A program made the position numbers and the translations under genes. A model generated the notes under the pieces. The model did not search any database. It saw only the letters and a list, made by a program, of their open reading frames with translations, and was not told the origin of the DNA. DNA of 38,785 nucleotides from Catajapyx aquilonaris. Lineage: Eukaryota. Shown here in pieces: positions 35,091-38,785 of this stretch. The stretch spans positions 1 to 38,785 of the forward strand of contig JYFJ02003683.1 of assembly GCA_000934665.2 (NCBI GenBank), written 5' to 3'. Position 1 is the first letter of the stretch. Every line of letters starts with the position of its first letter.

Positions 35091-38000
35091 CAATCTTTTC
35101 TATTATTATGATTATTATGATTAATTGCTATCTATTCTATAATTATTATCTCTTATAATAACAATTTATTACGATTTATTTTATTTTATTTATTACGATT
35201 TATTATGATTTATATTATTTTTGTTATTTTATCCATTACATAATTATGTTCGTTTTTACATTTTATTTAAAATTGTTAAAATAAGTTTTTCAATTTATTA
35301 CGTTGTATTATTTATTATTTTAATCCGTTATATTATATACGATTGATTTTAATTTATTATAGCCGGTATGTGATTAATGAAGAATCGATACATTTTCAGC
35401 CAAGAATGATACTGAGGTGTTAAGAAATTTTTTAACAGAAGTGTTGCTCATAATGTAAAAGTGAAATATTGCCTTAATAATGTGACAAATTATGAAAATA
35501 TTGATAGTCGTATGAGTTTATCAAAGTTTATCTGGACCGGATTTTTTTAAAAACATTTTCGCGTGAAATTCGGACCCTTTTACCTATAGATACAACGCCC
35601 GTTTTAAGTGATCCGGAAAAGCAAAAGGTCCGCTCTAGATACACTCTCCGGAGGCGACAAAACCATTGCCAAATGGATGTTATTAAAACGGGGTTTTCCC
35701 CTCCCATGGAGTTGCGCCCGTAAATTCAATCCTCGCGGTAACAACAAGCCTCGTCTTGTTAGCCACAGCGTGCACCAAAGATAAGCCTAAGTTAAATGCA
35801 CTTTTGGTTATTTAGCATCCATCCCCCTCCCACTGGTATCTGAACATGATGATTTTCTCTCTCCCATTTTTTTTCTCTCCCTCCCTCTCTCCCCAAAACC
35901 TGAGCGCATGTTTTTCCCAATGCGATTCGATTAGAAAGTTTCCGGGTGAGGTGAGGTGTAGAGAGGAGTAGAGAGGGGGGGGGGAGGGGGATACAGGGTG
36001 GACTGCAAAATCAATAAGATTTATAGCTGGCAATTCCCTCTTGGAACTTATCTGCGAGTCTAATCCTTTCATTCCAACACGCATGTGCGGGTTTTCCAAG
36101 CTCTTTTTCCCTCTCTCTCTAGTCCCTCCCCTGACTCGGTGGGTGCTAATGAGCTTGATAGTATTGTCGCTGTAATATCCAATTAATCATTGTTTCCCCC
36201 TCACCTCCAATTAGGAAAGGCACGGGAGCAGAAGAGATTAAGATAATATGGGCCGGAACGTGTTTGGGAACATTGCCATATGTCAAATCAACTTTGGAAT
36301 ATATTCAAATGGTAGTGGAGGGGGGAGGTATGGGAAGAGGAGGGAGGGATTCTCTCCTACTCTCTGATATGATCAGGGCCGCGGAACCTGAGAAACGGGT
36401 GCACTGAATCAGAACTATTGTAATAACAATGAATCACAGGGGCCCTCCACGGAGAGAGAGGGAACCAACAGAGAGTTTGTAGGGTGGGGGTGGTCGGGTG
36501 GAATCTTCTTGTGCGGAGACGAAGAATGGTCCAGAGGAACGCAGACTCTATGGGTGGCAAGTATGGAGAGATAAGGAATTGCATCTGCATTTTGTGGATA
36601 GACCCAGAGGCTGCATCTGCTTGTCACTTTCTTTAATTGAACATTGGAATCTGAAAATGGGCTATCGGTTACATCGGGCACATGCCATGCACAGTGGCGC
36701 CACAAAGCGGTAAAATAGATGGTCGATTCACTCTTTTGCCGCCATGGCTGGTGGCGCCACCAGTGAGGCACCATTAATGCAAAGTCGGTTGTCCTTTGGA
36801 ATGGGGGATGCAGCTGCATGATGCTGTGCCGGATCCTATCTGGATCTGGATTTGGGGAAGAGTTGTGGTCCTGAGGTCAGGCAAGCAAGAGGTCCCTGGA
36901 GTCAGTCCCCCACAGGCCGCTATCGCTGTGCCTTATGCCTGGCTGCTTCAGAAGATGGGACCACCGGTGTGGGTCATACACACGCCCAAAATTTATGCAA
37001 AGAAACTTAGGCCACTGATAAAAGGCATCGTAATTAAAGTTGGGAAGTGAGTCATGCCAAAGGCTCCAGACAATGGAGACCCAAGATGGCTGCCCCCTTC
37101 CATTGACTCTATTGAGCCCCTTTTTGAAAAGGCAGGGGGGTAGGGCAGCAGACGCGTCGAATCTGAAACCACATGGCACCTGTCGGACGAATCTGTCTGC
37201 ACCCAGGAACGCCAATCTGCTCAGACTTTGCTGCCAACTGTGCCCAATGAATCGAAGGGGGTCGGGATATAATAGTAAAAAAAAATTGTTATTGATGGGT
37301 AGCCCCCCAAAGTGTGCCAAACCGCACGATTTGGCAGCATATCCGCGGTGAGTCATCAGTAGCGCCATCTATGTGAAAGATAAGGTGCTACGTCCACAGT
37401 CTGGGACCATCAGGCACTTGTTGTGTACATTACAATAAAACAGTCGTGAATCTTTCCGTAACAAAAGGTGACTATTTTTAATACGGTCAGTGCTCACAGG
37501 TCAGCAGCTTCGTCAACAGATGGCCTCATCTAGATTTTGGGGATTGATGGAGGGGGTTGGATACATATAGTTTCTATCCCCCCCTTATCCTTGCTGCATA
37601 ACCGGATCACTCTCCACATACAATACTCATGGGGGTTTTCCTATTCCCCACCCTCAAATGAAAAGCACCACCCGGTCCTATCCCCCCCTTCTTTGGAATT
37701 AAATGACTTATTAATGGAGGAGAAATTGGGGGGAAGGCCCCAGAGTTGCATAATGGTCACTTGGGTTTAAGCAGCCACTTTACTCACAGCACTTTCATTG
37801 CCGATTGGACTTGGGGATGGGGCCATATGGGGACTGACATGGGGGATACAATTTTTGGCCAATAATGGGAGGAACCCGTATTCATTGTGGCCCACCTTGG
37901 ATAGGTTTAGCCCCGGTTTTTCTCAATTAACTTAGCTATCCGGACAAGAATGGCCGCACGGAGAAATTCGCAGGTATAGTTGCATCAACTTCCGAAATAA

Positions 38001-38785
38001 TTTTCCGGCTGGAATAGAGCCAGAAAACATTGCCAATCATTTTTTAGCTGAAAAATGCTTTTTGCGGGGAAGTGCTATCTATATATTATTAAAAGCCGAC
38101 TGTCATGGAAACTCCTCCCGCACCGTACGGCCCAAAAGTACGGCCTACAGCTTTGGGAGTGCTGTCCAAATTTTGCCCATGTTCTCTATATTTGCAAACC
38201 ACTTTTGTTTTTTGGAAACGGCACCGAGGGACTTTGTAAAACTTTAAAAAACGCAAAAAAAAAAACCGACCGCGTCCGTTCCACGGAATTCCCATTTCCG
38301 CCGTTCCGGACGCCAGGGCGCCACCTCCTGGGTGGCGACTCGCTTACTTCTGCACTTCACCGTCGGATGTCGCTTCGATGGCTAATTTTTTTGCCAAGTT
38401 GGTGCCTAGTATTTTTTAAACAAGATTTAGCAATGATTCGAGTCGACTTTTCTGGACGACAATGACATAGAATGTTGTCAGTCTCATTTTATAAGTTCCC
38501 AAGAACTTGGGTAGTGCAGTACCCCTGGCTTAAGTTGAGTGTCGGATCCAATTATTATTTACCCCTCATATCCGATCTGAGGGGTCTTTTGTGCACCTGT
38601 TTGTGCGGTCACAACTCGCATATGGTTAATACATGGTCGTTTAATTGCCCCCGCTTGGTGGCTCTTACTATAGAGGGGGGTGTTGTACCCTTGCTTAAAA
38701 CCCAGCGCATCTGTTCACCTCCGAACCTTGCAGGGGGCCAAAAACATGGTGCGATTATGCATGAATATGTCTTTTCGGCTGGAGG

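Noticed and set aside
35730..35815. miR-9-like sequences (TCTTTGGTG on -, TTTTGGTTATTTAGC on +)
   Set aside because: There are too many mismatches to the mature miRNA and the hairpin pairing is weak.
36780..37370. GC-richer block with 84-163 aa ORFs
   Set aside because: No recognisable domain or consistent splice structure. It may be a decayed transposon but cannot be supported without a homology search.

Overview
Eukaryotic (animal, probably crustacean or other invertebrate; inferred) genomic window with spliceosomal GT-AG introns. Three protein-coding genes can be rebuilt exon by exon. POLR3D/RPC4 lies on + at 2183-4027 (5 coding exons, 412 aa). Two tandem, divergent SLC34/NaPi-II sodium-phosphate cotransporter paralogues lie on -: a compact copy at 4222-7038 (8 exons, 573 aa) and a transposon-inflated copy at 14615-~23077 (9 exons, ~622 aa). 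The paralogues share intron positions but differ at the C-terminal PDZ motif and at a predicted Na1-site residue. The rest is non-coding: minisatellites (31/62, 33-37, 55-56, 55, 38 and 36 nt units), fold-back/MITE-like elements, a nested TIR element filling one intron, a three-copy hairpin-rich dispersed repeat, degenerate SINE/LINE remnants, and ~15 kb with no supportable gene at the right end. I found no convincing novel multi-gene system. The best leads are the functional divergence of the NaPi-II pair and the structured repeat elements. All gene models are read by eye and need RNA-seq confirmation.
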